The notes beneath the pieces were generated by a model. It ran no database searches, was not told the DNA's origin, and worked only from the letters and a program-made list of their open reading frames with translations. Position numbers and translations under genes: made by a program. Positions 40,201-55,400 of a stretch of DNA of 64,000 bases are shown piece after piece (positions within the stretch are counted from its first letter, which is position 1; each line of letters starts with the position of its first letter). The stretch lies in NCBI RefSeq assembly GCF_009914755.1, contig NC_060928.1; one strand, given 5' to 3'. This DNA is from the human T2T-CHM13v2.0 reference genome, Homo sapiens.

Positions 40201-43200
40201 GGAATATCTCCATATAAAATCTAGAGGGAAGCATTCTCAGAAACTGCTTTGTGATGTTTCCATTCAAGTCACAGAGTTGAATATTCCCTTTTATAGAGCA
40301 CGTTTGAAACACTCTTTCTGCACTATCTGGAAGTGGACATTTCGAGCGCTTTGAGGCCTATGGTGAAAAAGGAAATATCTTCCCATAAAAACTAGACAGA
40401 AGCATTCTCAGAAACTTGTTTGTGATGTGTGTATTCAACTAACAGAGTTGAACTTTTGTTTTTACAGAGCCGTTTTAAAACACTCTTTTTGTGGAATCAG
40501 AAAGTGGATATTCGGATGGCTCTGAGGATTTCGTTGGAAGCGGGATTACATATAAAATCTAGAGAGAAGCATTCTCAGGAACTTCTTTGTGATGTTTGCA
40601 TTGAAGTCACAGAATTGAACATTCACTTTGATAGAGCAGGTTTGAAACACTCATTCTGTAGTATCTGGAAGTGGACATTTCAAGCGCTTTCAGGCCTATG
40701 GTGAGAAAGGAAATATCTTCGAATAAAAACTAGACAGAAGCATCCTCAGAAACTTATTTGTGATGTGTGTCCTCAACTAACAGAGTTGAAACTTTGTTTT
40801 GATACAGCATTTTGGAAACACTCTTTTTGTAGAATCTGCAGGTGGATATTTGGATAGCTTAGAGGGATTCGTTGGAAAGGGGATATCTTCATATAAAATC
40901 TAGACAGAAGCATTCTCAGAAACTTATTTGTGATGTGTGTCCTCAACTAACAGAGTTGAACCTTGGTTTTGATACAGCATTTTGGAAACGCTCCTTTTGT
41001 AGAATCTGCAGGTGGATATGTGGATAGCTCTGAAGATTTCGTTGGAAACGGGAATTTCTTCATATAAAATCAAACAGAAGCATTCTCAGAAACTTCTCAG
41101 TGATGTTTGCATTCAGCTCATGGAGTTGAACACTTCCTTTCATAGAGCCGGTTTGAAACACTCTTTCTGCACTACCTGGAAGAGGACATTTCGAGCGCTT
41201 TGAGTCCTATGGTGAAAAAGGAAATATCTTCTCATAAAAACCAGAAAGAAGCATTCTCAGAAACTTCTTTGTGTTGTGTGTACTCATGTAACAGTGTTGA
41301 ACCATCCTTTTGACAGAGCAGTTTTGAAACACTCTTTTTGTAGAATCTGCAAGTGGATATTTGGATAGCTTTGAGGATTTCGTTGGAAACGGGATGACAT
41401 ATAATATCTAGAGAGAAGCATTCTCAGGAACTTCTTTGTGATGTTTGCATTCAAGTCACAGAATTGAACATTCCCTTTCATAGAGCAGGTTTGAAACACT
41501 CTTTCTCTAGTATCTGGAAGTGGGCATTTCAAGCGCTTTCAGGCCTATGGAGAGAAAGGAAATACCTTCAAATAAAAACTAGACAGAAGCATTCTCAGAA
41601 ACTTATTTGTGATGTGTGTCCTCAACTAACAGAGTTGAACCTTTGTTTTGATACAGCATTTTGGAAACACTCCTTTTGTAGAATCTGCAGGTGGATATTT
41701 GGATAACTTTGAAGATTTCGTTGGAAACCGGAATATCTTCATATAAAATCAAGACAGAAGCATTCTCGGAAACATCTCTGTGATGTTTGCATTCAACTCA
41801 GTAGAGTTGAACACTTCCTTTCATAGAGCAGGTTTGAAACACTCTTTCTGCACTACCTGGAAGCGGACATTTCGAGCGCTTTGAGGCCTATGGTGAAAAA
41901 GGAAATATCTTCTCATAAAAACCAGAAAGAAGCATTCTCAGAAACTTCTTTGTGTTGTGTGTACTCAAGTAACAGTGTTGAACCTTCCTTTTGACACAGC
42001 AGTTTTGAAACACTCTTTTGGTAGAATCTGCAAGTGGATATTTGGATAGCTTTGAGGATTTCGTTGGAAACGGGTTATCTTCATATAAAATCCAGACAGG
42101 AGCATTCTCAGAAACTTCTTTGTGCTGCATGTCCTCAATTCACAGAGCTGAACCTTTGTTTGGATACAGCATTTTGGAAACATTCCTTTAGTAGAATCTG
42201 CAAGTTGATATTTAGATAGCTTTGAAGATTTCGTTGGAAACGGGAATATCTTCATAGAAAATCTAGACGGAAGCATTCTCAGAAACTGCTTTGTGATGTT
42301 TGCATTCAAGTCACAGAGTTGAATATTCCCTTTTATAGAGTAGGTTTGAAACACTCTTTCGGCACTACCTGGAAGTGGATATTTCGAGCTCTTTGAGGCC
42401 TATGGTTAAAAGGAAATATCTTCCCATAAAAACTAGACAGAAGCCGTCTCAGAAACTTGTTTGTGATGTGTGTATTCAACTACCAGAGTTGAACATTTCT
42501 GTTACAGAGCAATTTTAAAACACTCTTTTTGTGGAATCTGAAAGTGGATAATTGGATAGCTTTGTGGATTTCGTTGGAAACGGGATGACGTATAAAATCT
42601 AGAGAGAAGCATTCTCAGGAACTTCTTTCTGATGTTTGCATTCAAGTCACAGAATTGAACATTCCTTTTCATAGTGCAGGTTTGAAACACTCTTTCTGTA
42701 GTATCTGGAAGTGGACATTTCAAGCGCTTTCAGGCCTACGGGGAGAAAGGAAATATCTTCAAATAAAAACTAGACAGAAGGATTCTCAGAAACTTATTTG
42801 TGATGTGTGTCCTAAACGAACACAGTTGAACCTTTGTTTTGATACAGCATTTTGGAAACACTCCTTTTGTAGGATCTGCAGGTGGATATTTGGATAGATT
42901 TTAAGATTTCGTTGGAAACGGGAGTTTCTTCATAGAAACTCAAGACAGATGCATTCTCAGAAACATCTCTGTGATGTTTGCATTCCACTCATAGAGTTGA
43001 AAACTTCCTTTCATAGAGCAGGTTTGAAACACTCTTTTTGTAATATTTGGAAGTGGACATTTGCAGCGCTTTGAGGCCTATGGTGAAAAAGGAAATATCT
43101 TCTCATAAAAACCAGAAACAAGCATTCTCAGAAACTTCTTTTTGATGTGTGTACTCAAGTAACAGAGTTGAACCTTCCTTTTGACACAGCAGTTTTGAAA

Positions 43201-46200
43201 CAATCTTTTTGTAGAATCTGCAAGTGGATATTTGGATAGCTTTGAGGATTTCGTTGGAAACGGGATATCTTCATATAAAATCTAGACAGAAGCATTCTCA
43301 GAAACTTCTTTGTGCTGTATGTCCTCAATTAACAGAGTTGAACCATTGCTTGGATACAGCATTTTGGAAACATTCCTTGAGTAGAATCTGCAAGTTGATA
43401 TTTAGATAGATTTGAAGATTTCGTTGGAAAAGGGAATATCTCCATATAAAATCTAGAGGGAAGCATTCTCAGAAACTGCTTTGTGATGTTTCCATTCAAG
43501 TCACAGAGTTGAATATTCCCTTTTATAGAGCACGTTTGAAACACTCTTTCTGCACTATCTGGAAGTGGACATTTCGAGCGCTTTGAGGCCTATGGTGAAA
43601 AAGGAAATATCTTCCCATAAAAACTAGACAGAAGCATTCTCAGAAACTTGTTTGTGATGTGTGTATTCAACTAACAGAGTTGAACTTTTGTTTTTACAGA
43701 GCCGTTTTAAAACACTCTTTTTGTGGAATCAGAAAGTGGATATTCGGATGGCTCTGAGGATTTCGTTGGAAGCGGGATTACATATAAAATCTAGAGAGAA
43801 GCATTCTCAGGAACTTCTTTGTGATGTTTGCATTGAAGTCACAGAATTGAACATTCACTTTGATAGAGCAGGTTTGAAACACTCATTCTGTAGTATCTGG
43901 AAGTGGACATTTCAAGCGCTTTCAGGCCTATGGTGAGAAAGGAAATATCTTCGAATAAAAACTAGACAGAAGCATCCTCAGAAACTTATTTGTGATGTGT
44001 GTCCTCAACTAACAGAGTTGAAACTTTGTTTTGATACAGCATTTTGGAAACACTCTTTTTGTAGAATCTGCAGGTGGATATTTGGATAGCTTAGAGGGAT
44101 TCGTTGGAAAGGGGATATCTTCATATAAAATCTAGACAGAAGCATTCTCAGAAACTTATTTGTGATGTGTGTCCTCAACTAACAGAGTTGAACCTTGGTT
44201 TTGATACAGCATTTTGGAAACGCTCCTTTTGTAGAATCTGCAGGTGGATATGTGGATAGCTCTGAAGATTTCGTTGGAAACGGGAATTTCTTCATATAAA
44301 ATCAAACAGAAGCATTCTCAGAAACTTCTCAGTGATGTTTGCATTCAGCTCATGGAGTTGAACACTTCCTTTCATAGAGCCGGTTTGAAACACTCTTTCT
44401 GCACTACCTGGAAGAGGACATTTCGAGCGCTTTGAGTCCTATGGTGAAAAAGGAAATATCTTCTCATAAAAACCAGAAAGAAGCATTCTCAGAAACTTCT
44501 TTGTGTTGTGTGTACTCATGTAACAGTGTTGAACCATCCTTTTGACAGAGCAGTTTTGAAACACTCTTTTTGTAGAATCTGCAAGTGGATATTTGGATAG
44601 CTTTGAGGATTTCGTTGGAAACGGGATGACATATAATATCTAGAGAGAAGCATTCTCAGGAACTTCTTTGTGATGTTTGCATTCAAGTCACAGAATTGAA
44701 CATTCCCTTTCATAGAGCAGGTTTGAAACACTCTTTCTCTAGTATCTGGAAGTGGGCATTTCAAGCGCTTTCAGGCCTATGGAGAGAAAGGAAATACCTT
44801 CAAATAAAAACTAGACAGAAGCATTCTCAGAAACTTATTTGTGATGTGTGTCCTCAACTAACAGAGTTGAACCTTTGTTTTGATACAGCATTTTGGAAAC
44901 ACTCCTTTTGTAGAATCTGCAGGTGGATATTTGGATAACTTTGAAGATTTCGTTGGAAACCGGAATATCTTCATATAAAATCAAGACAGAAGCATTCTCG
45001 GAAACATCTCTGTGATGTTTGCATTCAACTCAGTAGAGTTGAACACTTCCTTTCATAGAGCAGGTTTGAAACACTCTTTCTGCACTACCTGGAAGCGGAC
45101 ATTTCGAGCGCTTTGAGGCCTATGGTGAAAAAGGAAATATCTTCTCATAAAAACCAGAAAGAAGCATTCTCAGAAACTTCTTTGTGTTGTGTGTACTCAA
45201 GTAACAGTGTTGAACCTTCCTGTTGACACAGCAGTTTTGAAACACTCTTTTGGTAGAATCTGCAAGTGGATATTTGGATAGCTTTGAGGATTTCGTTGGA
45301 AACGGGTTATCTTCATATAAAATCCAGACAGGAGCATTCTCAGAAACTTCTTTGTGCTGCATGTCCTCAATTCACAGAGCTGAACCTTTGTTTGGATACA
45401 GCATTTTGGAAACATTCCTTTAGTAGAATCTGCAAGTTGATATTTAGATAGCTTTGAAGATTTCGTTGGAAACGGGAATATCTTCATAGAAAATCTAGAC
45501 GGAAGCATTCTCAGAAACTGCTTTGTGATGTTTGCATTCAAGTCACAGAGTTGAATATTCCCTTTTATAGAGTAGGTTTGAAACACTCTTTCGGCACTAC
45601 CTGGAAGTGGATATTTCGAGCTCTTTGAGGCCTATGGTTAAAAGGAAATATCTTCCCATAAAAACTAGACAGAAGCCGTCTCAGAAACTTGTTTGTGATG
45701 TGTGTATTCAACTAACAGAGTTGAACATTTCTGTTACAGAGCAATTTTAAAACACTCTTTTTGTGGAATCTGAAAGTGGATAATTGGATAGCTTTGTGGA
45801 TTTCGTTGGAAACGGGATGACGTATAAAATCTAGAGAGAAGCATTCTCAGGAACTTCTTTGTGATGTTTGCATTCAAGTCACAGAATTGAACATTCCTTT
45901 TCATAGTGCAGGTTTGAAACACTCTTTCTGTAGTATCTGGAAGTGGACATTTCAAGCGCTTTCAGGCCTACGGGGAGAAAGGAAATATCTTCAAATAAAA
46001 ACTAGACAGAAGGATTCTCAGAAACTTATTTGTGATGTGTGTCCTAAACGAACACAGTTGAACCTTTGTTTAGATACAGCATTTTGGAAACACTCCTTTT
46101 GTAGGATCTGCAGGTGGATATTTGGATAGATTTTAAGATTTCGTTGGAAACGGGAGTTTCTTCATAGAAACTCAAGACAGATGCATTCTCAGAAACATCT

Positions 46201-47204
46201 CTGTGATGTTTGCATTCCACTCATAGAGTTGAAAACTTCCTTTCATAGAGCAGGTTTGAAACACTCTTTTTGTAATATTTGGAAGTGGACATTTGCAGCG
46301 CTTTGAGGCCTATGGTGAAAAAGGAAATATCTTCTCATAAAAACCAGAAACAAGCATTCTCAGAAACTTCTTTTTGATGTGTGTACTCAAGTAACAGAGT
46401 TGAACCTTCCTTTTGACACAGCAGTTTTGAAACAATCTTTTTGTAGAATCTGCAAGTGGATATTTGGATAGCTTTGAGGATTTCGTTGGAAACGGGATAT
46501 CTTCATATAAAATCTAGACAGAAGCATTCTCAGAAACTTCTTTGTGCTGTATGTCCTCAATTAACAGAGTTGAACCATTGCTTGGATACAGCATTTTGGA
46601 AACATTCCTTGAGTAGAATCTGCAAGTTGATATTTAGATAGATTTGAAGATTTCGTTGGAAAAGGGAATATCTCCATATAAAATCTAGACGGAAGCATTC
46701 TCAGAAACTGCTTTGTGATGTTTCCATTCAAGTCACAGAGTTGAATATTCCCTTTTATAGAGCACGTTTGAAACACTCTTTCTGCACTATCTGGAAGTGG
46801 ACATTTCGAGCGCTTTGAGGCCTATGGTGAAAAAGGAAATATCTTCCCATAAAAATTAGACAGAAGCATTCTCAGAAACTTGTTTGTGATGTGTGTATTC
46901 AACTAACAGAGTTGAACTTTTGTTTTTACAGAGCCGTTTTAAAACACTCTTTTTGTGGAATCAGAAAGTGGATATTCGGATGGCTCTGAGGATTTCGTTG
47001 GAAGCGGGATTACATATAAAATCTAGAGAGAAGCATTCTCAGGAACTTCTTTGTGATGTTTGCATTGAAGTCACAGAATTGAACATTCACTTTGATAGAG
47101 CAGGTTTGAAACACTCATTCTGTAGTATCTGGAAGTGGACATTTCAAGCGCTTTCAGGCCTATGGTGAAAAAGGAAATATCTTCGAATAAAAACTAGACA
47201 GAAG
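34277..47204 (+). repeat. Four 19-mer HORs: H10 (34277-37508), H11 (37509-40740), H12 (40741-43972), H13 (43973-47204)
   Basis: Marker ORF at 37197, 40429, 43661, 46893. Confidence 0.95.
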
Positions 47205-48221
47205 CATCCTCAGAAACTTATTTGTGATGTGTGTCCTCAACTAACAGAGTTGAAACTTTGTTTTGATACAGCATTTTGGAAACACTCCTTTTGTAGAATC
47301 TGCAGGTGGATATGTGGATAGCTCTGAAGATTTCGTTGGAAACGGGAATTTCTTCATATAAAATCAAACAGAAGCATTCTCAGAAACTTCTCAGTGATGT
47401 TTGCATTCAGCTCATGGAGTTGAACACTTCCTTTCATAGAGCCGGTTTGAAACACTCTTTCTGCACTACCTGGAAGAGGCCATTTCGAGCGCTTTGAGTC
47501 CTATGGTGAAAAAGGAAATATCTTCTCATAAAAACCAGAAAGAAGCATTCTCAGAAACTTCTTTGTGTTGTGTATACTCATGTAACAGTGTTGAACCATC
47601 CTTTTGACAGAGCAGTTTTGAAACACTCTTTTTGTAGAATCTGCAAGTGGATATTTGGATAGCTTTGAGGATTTCGTTGGAAACGGGATGACATATAATA
47701 TCTAGAGAGAAGCATTCTCAGGAACTTCTTTGTGCTGTTTGCATTCAAGTCACAGAATTGAACATTCCCTTTCATAGAGCAGATTTGAAACACTCTTTCT
47801 CTAGTATCTGGAAGTGGGCATTTCAAGCGCTTTCAGGCCTATTGAGAGAAAGGAAATACCTTCAAATAAAAACTAGACAGAAGCATTCTCAGAAACTTGT
47901 TTGTGATGTGTGTATTCAACTAACAGAGTTGAACTTTTGTTTTTACAGAGCCGTTTTAAAACACTCTTTTTGTGGAATCAGAAAGTGGATATTCGGATGG
48001 CTCTGAGGATTTCGTTGGAAGCGGGATTACATATAAAATCTAGAGAGAAGCATTCTCAGGAACTTCTTTGTGATGTTTGCATTGAAGTCACAGAATTGAA
48101 CATTCACTTTGATAGAGCAGGTTTGAAACACTCATTCTGTAGTATCTGGAAGTGGACATTTCAAGCGCTTTCAGGCCTATGGTGAGAAAGGAAATATCTT
48201 CGAATAAAAACTAGACAGAAG
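47205..48221 (+). repeat. 6-mer variant S6 (copy of S1)
   Basis: Marker ORF 46893->47910; shares the GTGTATACTC variant with S1 only. Confidence 0.93.
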
Positions 48222-51200
48222 CATCCTCAGAAACTTATTTGTGATGTGTGTCCTCAACTAACAGAGTTGAAACTTTGTTTTGATACAGCATTTTGGAAAC
48301 ACTCTTTTTGTAGAATCTGCAGGTGGATATTTGGATAGCTTAGAGGGATTCGTTGGAAAGGGGATATCTTCATATAAAATCTAGACAGAAGCATTCTCAG
48401 AAACTTATTTGTGATGTGTGTCCTCAACTAACAGAGTTGAACCTTGGTTTTGATACAGCATTTTGGAAACACTCCTTTTGTAGAATCTGCAGGTGGATAT
48501 GTGGATAGCTCTGAAGATTTCGTTGGAAACGGGAATTTCTTCATATAAAATCAAACAGAAGCATTCTCAGAAACTTCTCAGTGATGTTTGCATTCAGCTC
48601 ATGGAGTTGAACACTTCCTTTCATAGAGCCGGTTTGAAACACTCTTTCTGCACTACCTGGAAGAGGACATTTCGAGCGCTTTGAGTCCTATGGTGAAAAA
48701 GGAAATATCTTCTCATAAAAACCAGAAAGAAGCATTCTCAGAAACTTCTTTGTGTTGTGTGTACTCATGTAACAGTGTTGAACCATCCTTTTGACAGAGC
48801 AGTTTTGAAACACTCTTTTTGTAGAATCTGCAAGTGGATATTTGGATAGCTTTGAGGATTTCGTTGGAAACGGGATGACATATAATATCTAGAGAGAAGC
48901 ATTCTCAGGAACTTCTTTGTGATGTTTGCATTCAAGTCACAGAATTGAACATTCCCTTTCATAGAGCAGGTTTGAAACACTCTTTCTCTAGTATCTGGAA
49001 GTGGGCATTTCAAGCGCTTTCAGGCCTATGGAGAGAAAGGAAATACCTTCAAATAAAAACTAGACAGAAGCATTCTCAGAAACTTATTTGTGATGTGTGT
49101 CCTCAACTAACAGAGTTGAACCTTTGTTTTGATACAGCATTTTGGAAACACTCCTTTTGTAGAATCTGCAGGTGGATATTTGGATAACTTTGAAGATTTC
49201 GTTGGAAACCGGAATATCTTCATATAAAATCAAGACAGAAGCATTCTCGGAAACATCTCTGTGATGTTTGCATTCAACTCAGTAGAGTTGAACACTTCCT
49301 TTCATAGAGCAGGTTTGAAACACTCTTTCTGCACTACCTGGAAGCGGACATTTCGAGCGCTTTGAGGCCTATGGTGAAAAAGGAAATATCTTCTCATAAA
49401 AACCAGAAAGAAGCATTCTCAGAAACTTCTTTGTGTTGTGTGTACTCAAGTAACAGTGTTGAACCTTCCTGTTGACACAGCAGTTTTGAAACACTCTTTT
49501 GGTAGAATCTGCAAGTGGATATTTGGATAGGTTTGAGGATTTCGTTGGAAACGGGTTATCTTCATATAAAATCCAGACAGGAGCATTCTCAGAAACTTCT
49601 TTGTGCTGCATGTCCTCAATTCACAGAGCTGAACCTTTGTTTGGATACAGCATTTTGGAAACATTCCTTTAGTAGAATCTGCAAGTTGATATTTAGATAG
49701 CTTTGAAGATTTCGTTGGAAACGGGAATATCTTCATAGAAAATCTAGACGGAAGCATTCTCAGAAACTGCTTTGTGATGTTTGCATTCAAGTCACAGAGT
49801 TGAATATTCCCTTTTATAGAGTAGGTTTGAAACACTCTTTCGGCACTACCTGGAAGTGGATATTTCGAGCTCTTTGAGGCCTATGGTTAAAAGGAAATAT
49901 CTTCCCATAAAAACTAGACAGAAGCCGTCTCAGAAACTTGTTTGTGATGTGTGTATTCAACTAACAGAGTTGAACATTTCTGTTACAGAGCAATTTTAAA
50001 ACACTCTTTTTGTGGAATCTGAAAGTGGATAATTGGATAGCTTTGTGGATTTCGTTGGAAACGGGATGACGTATAAAATCTAGAGAGAAGCATTCTCAGG
50101 AACTTCTTTCTGATGTTTGCATTCAAGTCACAGAATTGAACATTCCTTTTCATAGTGCAGGTTTGAAACACTCTTTCTGTAGTATCTGGAAGTGGACATT
50201 TCAAGCGCTTTCAGGCCTACGGGGAGAAAGGAAATATCTTCAAATAAAAACTAGACAGAAGGATTCTCAGAAACTTATTTGTGATGTGTGTCCTAAACGA
50301 ACACAGTTGAACCTTTGTTTAGATACAGCATTTTGGAAACACTCCTTTTGTAGGATCTGCAGGTGGATATTTGGATAGATTTTAAGATTTCGTTGGAAAC
50401 GGGAGTTTCTTCATAGAAACTCAAGACAGATGCATTCTCAGAAACATCTCTGTGATGTTTGCATTCCACTCATAGAGTTGAAAACTTCCTTTCATAGAGC
50501 AGGTTTGAAACACTCTTTTTGTAATATTTGGAAGTGGACATTTGCAGCGCTTTGAGGCCTATGGTGAAAAAGGAAATATCTTCTCATAAAAACCAGAAAC
50601 AAGCATTCTCAGAAACTTCTTTTTGATGTGTGTACTCAAGTAACAGAGTTGAACCTTCCTTTTGACACAGCAGTTTTGAAACAATCTTTTTGTAGAATCT
50701 GCAAGTGGATATTTGGATAGCTTTGAGGATTTCGTTGGAAACGGGATATCTTCATATAAAATCTAGACAGAAGCATTCTCAGAAACTTCTTTGTGCTGTA
50801 TGTCCTCAATTAACAGAGTTGAACCATTGCTTGGATACAGCATTTTGGAAACATTCCTTTAGTAGAATCTGCAAGTTGATATTTAGATAGATTTGGAGAT
50901 TTCGTTGGAAAAGGGAATATCTCCATATAAAATCTAGACGGAAGCATTCTCAGAAACTGCTTTGTGATGTTTCCATTCAAGTCACAGAGTTGAATATTCC
51001 CTTTTATAGAGCACGTTTGAAACACTCTTTCTGCACTATCTGGAAGTGGACATTTCGAGCGCTTTGAGGCCTATGGTGAAAAAGGAAATATCTTCCCATA
51101 AAAATTAGACAGAAGCATTCTCAGAAACTTGTTTGTGATGTGTGTATTCAACTAACAGAGTTGAACTTTTGTTTTTACAGAGCCGTTTTAAAACACTCTT

Positions 51201-51453
51201 TTTGTGGAATCAGAAAGTGGATATTCGGATGGCTCTGAGGATTTCGTTGGAAGCGGGATTACATATAAAATCTAGAGAGAAGCATTCTCAGGAACTTCTT
51301 TGTGATGTTTGCATTGAAGTCACAGAATTGAACATTCACTTTGATAGAGCAGGTTTGAAACACTCATTCTGTAGTATCTGGAAGTGGACATTTCAAGCGC
51401 TTTCAGGCCTATGGTGAAAAAGGAAATATCTTCGAATAAAAACTAGACAGAAG
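48222..51453 (+). repeat. 19-mer HOR copy H14 (copy of H3)
   Basis: 3232 period; shares H3 markers (ORF variants WIGLR at 49515 and KSPNLS at 50810). Confidence 0.95.
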
Positions 51454-52470
51454 CATCCTCAGAAACTTATTTGTGATGTGTGTCCTCAACTAACAGAGTT
51501 GAAACTTTGTTTTGATACAGCATTTTGGAAACACTCCTTTTGTAGAATCTGCAGGTGGATATGTGGATAGCTCTGAAGATTTCGTTGGAAACGGGAATTT
51601 CTTCATATAAAATCAAACAGAAGCATTCTCAGAAACTTCTCAGTGATGTTTGCATTCAGCTCATGGAGTTGAACACTTCCTTTCATAGAGCCGGTTTGAA
51701 ACACTCTTTCTGCACTACCTGGAAGAGGCCATTTCGAGCGCTTTGAGTCCTATGGTGAAAAAGGAAATATCTTCTCATAAAAACCAGAAAGAAGCATTCT
51801 CAGAAACTTCTTTGTGTTGTGTGTACTCATGTAACAGTGTTGAACCATCCTTTTGACAGAGCAGTTTTGAAACACTCTTTTTGTAGAATCTGCAAGTGGA
51901 TATTTGGATAGCTTTGAGGATTTCGTTGGAAACGGGATGACATATAATATCTAGAGAGAAGCATTCTCAGGAACTTCTTTGTGCTGTTTGCATTCAAGTC
52001 ACAGAATTGAACATTCCCTTTCATAGAGCAGATTTGAAACACTCTTTCTCTAGTATCTGGAAGTGGGCATTTCAAGCGCTTTCAGGCCTATTGAGAGAAA
52101 GGAAATACCTTCAAATAAAAACTAGACAGAAGCATTCTCAGAAACTTGTTTGTGATGTGTGTATTCAACTAACAGAGTTGAACTTTTGTTTTTACAGAGC
52201 CGTTTTAAAACACTCTTTTTGTGGAATCAGAAAGTGGATATTCGGATGGCTCTGAGGATTTCGTTGGAAGCGGGATTACATATAAAATCTAGAGAGAAGC
52301 ATTCTCAGGAACTTCTTTGTGATGTTTGCATTGAAGTCACAGAATTGAACATTCACTTTGATAGAGCAGGTTTGAAACACTCATTCTGTAGTATCTGGAA
52401 GTGGACATTTCAAGCGCTTTCAGGCCTATGGTGAGAAAGGAAATATCTTCGAATAAAAACTAGACAGAAG
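51454..52470 (+). repeat. 6-mer variant S7
   Basis: Marker ORF 51142->52159 (+1017). Confidence 0.93.
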
Positions 52471-55400
52471 CATCCTCAGAAACTTATTTGTGATGTGTGT
52501 CCTCAACTAACAGAGTTGAAACTTTGTTTTGATACAGCATTTTGGAAACACTCTTTTTGTAGAATCTGCAGGTGGATATTTGGATAGCTTAGAGGGATTC
52601 GTTGGAAAGGGGATATCTTCATATAAAATCTAGACAGAAGCATTCTCAGAAACTTATTTGTGATGTGTGTCCTCAACTAACAGAGTTGAACCTTGGTTTT
52701 GATACAGCATTTTGGAAACACTCCTTTTGTAGAATCTGCAGGTGGATATGTGGATAGCTCTGAAGATTTCGTTGGAAACGGGAATTTCTTCATATAAAAT
52801 CAAACAGAAGCATTCTCAGAAACTTCTCAGTGATGTTTGCATTCAGCTCATGGAGTTGAACACTTCCTTTCATAGAGCCGGTTTGAAACACTCTTTCTGC
52901 ACTACCTGGAAGAGGACATTTCGAGCGCTTTGAGTCCTATGGTGAAAAAGGAAATATCTTCTCATAAAAACCAGAAAGAAGCATTCTCAGAAACTTCTTT
53001 GTGTTGTGTGTACTCATGTAACAGTGTTGAACCATCCTTTTGACAGAGCAGTTTTGAAACACTCTTTTTGTAGAATCTGCAAGTGGATATTTGGATAGCT
53101 TTGAGGATTTCGTTGGAAACGGGATGACATATAATATCTAGAGAGAAGCATTCTCAGGAACTTCTTTGTGATGTTTGCATTCAAGTCACAGAATTGAACA
53201 TTCCCTTTCATAGAGCAGGTTTGAAACACTCTTTCTCTAGTATCTGGAAGTGGGCATTTCAAGCGCTTTCAGGCCTATGGAGAGAAAGGAAATACCTTCA
53301 AATAAAAACTAGACAGAAGCATTCTCAGAAACTTATTTGTGATGTGTGTCCTCAACTAACAGAGTTGAACCTTTGTTTTGATACAGCATTTTGGAAACAC
53401 TCCTTTTGTAGAATCTGCAGGTGGATATTTGGATAACTTTGAAGATTTCGTTGGAAACCGGAATATCTTCATATAAAATCAAGACAGAAGCATTCTCGGA
53501 AACATCTCTGTGATGTTTGCATTCAACTCAGTAGAGTTGAACACTTCCTTTCATAGAGCAGGTTTGAAACACTCTTTCTGCACTACCTGGAAGCGGACAT
53601 TTCGAGCGCTTTGAGGCCTATGGTGAAAAAGGAAATATCTTCTCATAAAAACCAGAAAGAAGCATTCTCAGAAACTTCTTTGTGTTGTGTGTACTCAAGT
53701 AACAGTGTTGAACCTTCCTTTTGACACAGCAGTTTTGAAACACTCTTTTGGTAGAATCTGCAAGTGGATATTTGGATAGCTTTGAGGATTTCGTTGGAAA
53801 CGGGTTATCTTCATATAAAATCCAGACAGGAGCATTCTCAGAAACTTCTTTGTGCTGCATGTCCTCAATTCACAGAGCTGAACCTTTGTTTGGATACAGC
53901 ATTTTGGAAACATTCCTTTAGTAGAATCTGCAAGTTGATATTTAGATAGCTTTGAAGATTTCGTTGGAAACGGGAATATCTTCATAGAAAATCTAGACGG
54001 AAGCATTCTCAGAAACTGCTTTGTGATGTTTGCATTCAAGTCACAGAGTTGAATATTCCCTTTTATAGAGTAGGTTTGAAACACTCTTTTGGCACTACCT
54101 GGAAGTGGATATTTCGAGCTCTTTGAGGCCTATGGTTAAAAGGAAATATCTTCCCATAAAAACTAGACAGAAGCCGTCTCAGAAACTTGTTTGTGATGTG
54201 TGTATTCAACTAACAGAGTTGAACATTTCTGTTACAGAGCAATTTTAAAACACTCTTTTTGTGGAATCTGAAAGTGGATAATTGGATAGCTTTGTGGATT
54301 TCGTTGGAAACGGGATGACGTATAAAATCTAGAGAGAAGCATTCTCAGGAACTTCTTTGTGATGTTTGCATTCAAGTCACAGAATTGAACATTCCCTTTC
54401 ATAGAGCAGGTTTGAAACACTCTTTCTCTAGTATCTGGAAGTGGGCATTTCAAGCGCTTTCAGGCCTATGGAGAGAAAGGAAATACCTTCAAATAAAAAC
54501 TAGACAGAAGCATTCTCAGAAACTTATTTGTGATGTGTGTCCTCAACTAACAGAGTTGAACCTTTGTTTTGATACAGCATTTTGGAAACACTCCTTTTGT
54601 AGGATCTGCAGGTGGATATTTGGATAGATTTTAAGATTTCGTTGGAAACGGGAGTTTCTTCATAGAAACTCAAGACAGATGCATTCTCAGAAACATCTCT
54701 GTGATGTTTGCATTCCACTCATAGATTTGAAAACTTCCTTTCATAGAGCAGGTTTGAAACACTCTTTTTGTAATATTTGGAAGTGGACATTTGCAGCGCT
54801 TTGAGGCCTATGGTGAAAAAGGAAATATCTTCTCATAAAAACCAGAAACAAGCATTCTCAGAAACTTCTTTTTGATGTGTGTACTCAAGTAACAGAGTTG
54901 AACCTTCCTTTTGACACAGCAGTTTTGAAACAATCTTTTTGTAGAATCTGCAAGTGGATATTTGGATAGCTTTGAGGATTTCGTTGGAAACGGGATATCT
55001 TCATATAAAATCTAGACAGAAGCATTCTCAGAAACTTCTTTGTGCTGTATGTCCTCAATTAACAGAGTTGAACCATTGCTTGGATACAGCATTTTGGAAA
55101 CATTCCTTGAGTAGAATCTGCAAGTTGATATTTAGATAGATTTGAAGATTTCGTTGGAAAAGGGAATATCTCCATATAAAATCTAGAGGGAAGCATTCTC
55201 AGAAACTGCTCTGTGATGTTTCCATTCAAGTCACAGAGTTGAATATTCCCTTTTATAGAGCACGTTTGAAACACTCTTTCTGCACTATCTGGAAGTGGAC
55301 ATTTCGAGCGCTTTGAGGCCTATGGTGAAAAAGGAAATATCTTCCCATAAAAACCAGACAGAAGCATTCTCAGAAACTTGTTTGTGATGTGTGTATTCAA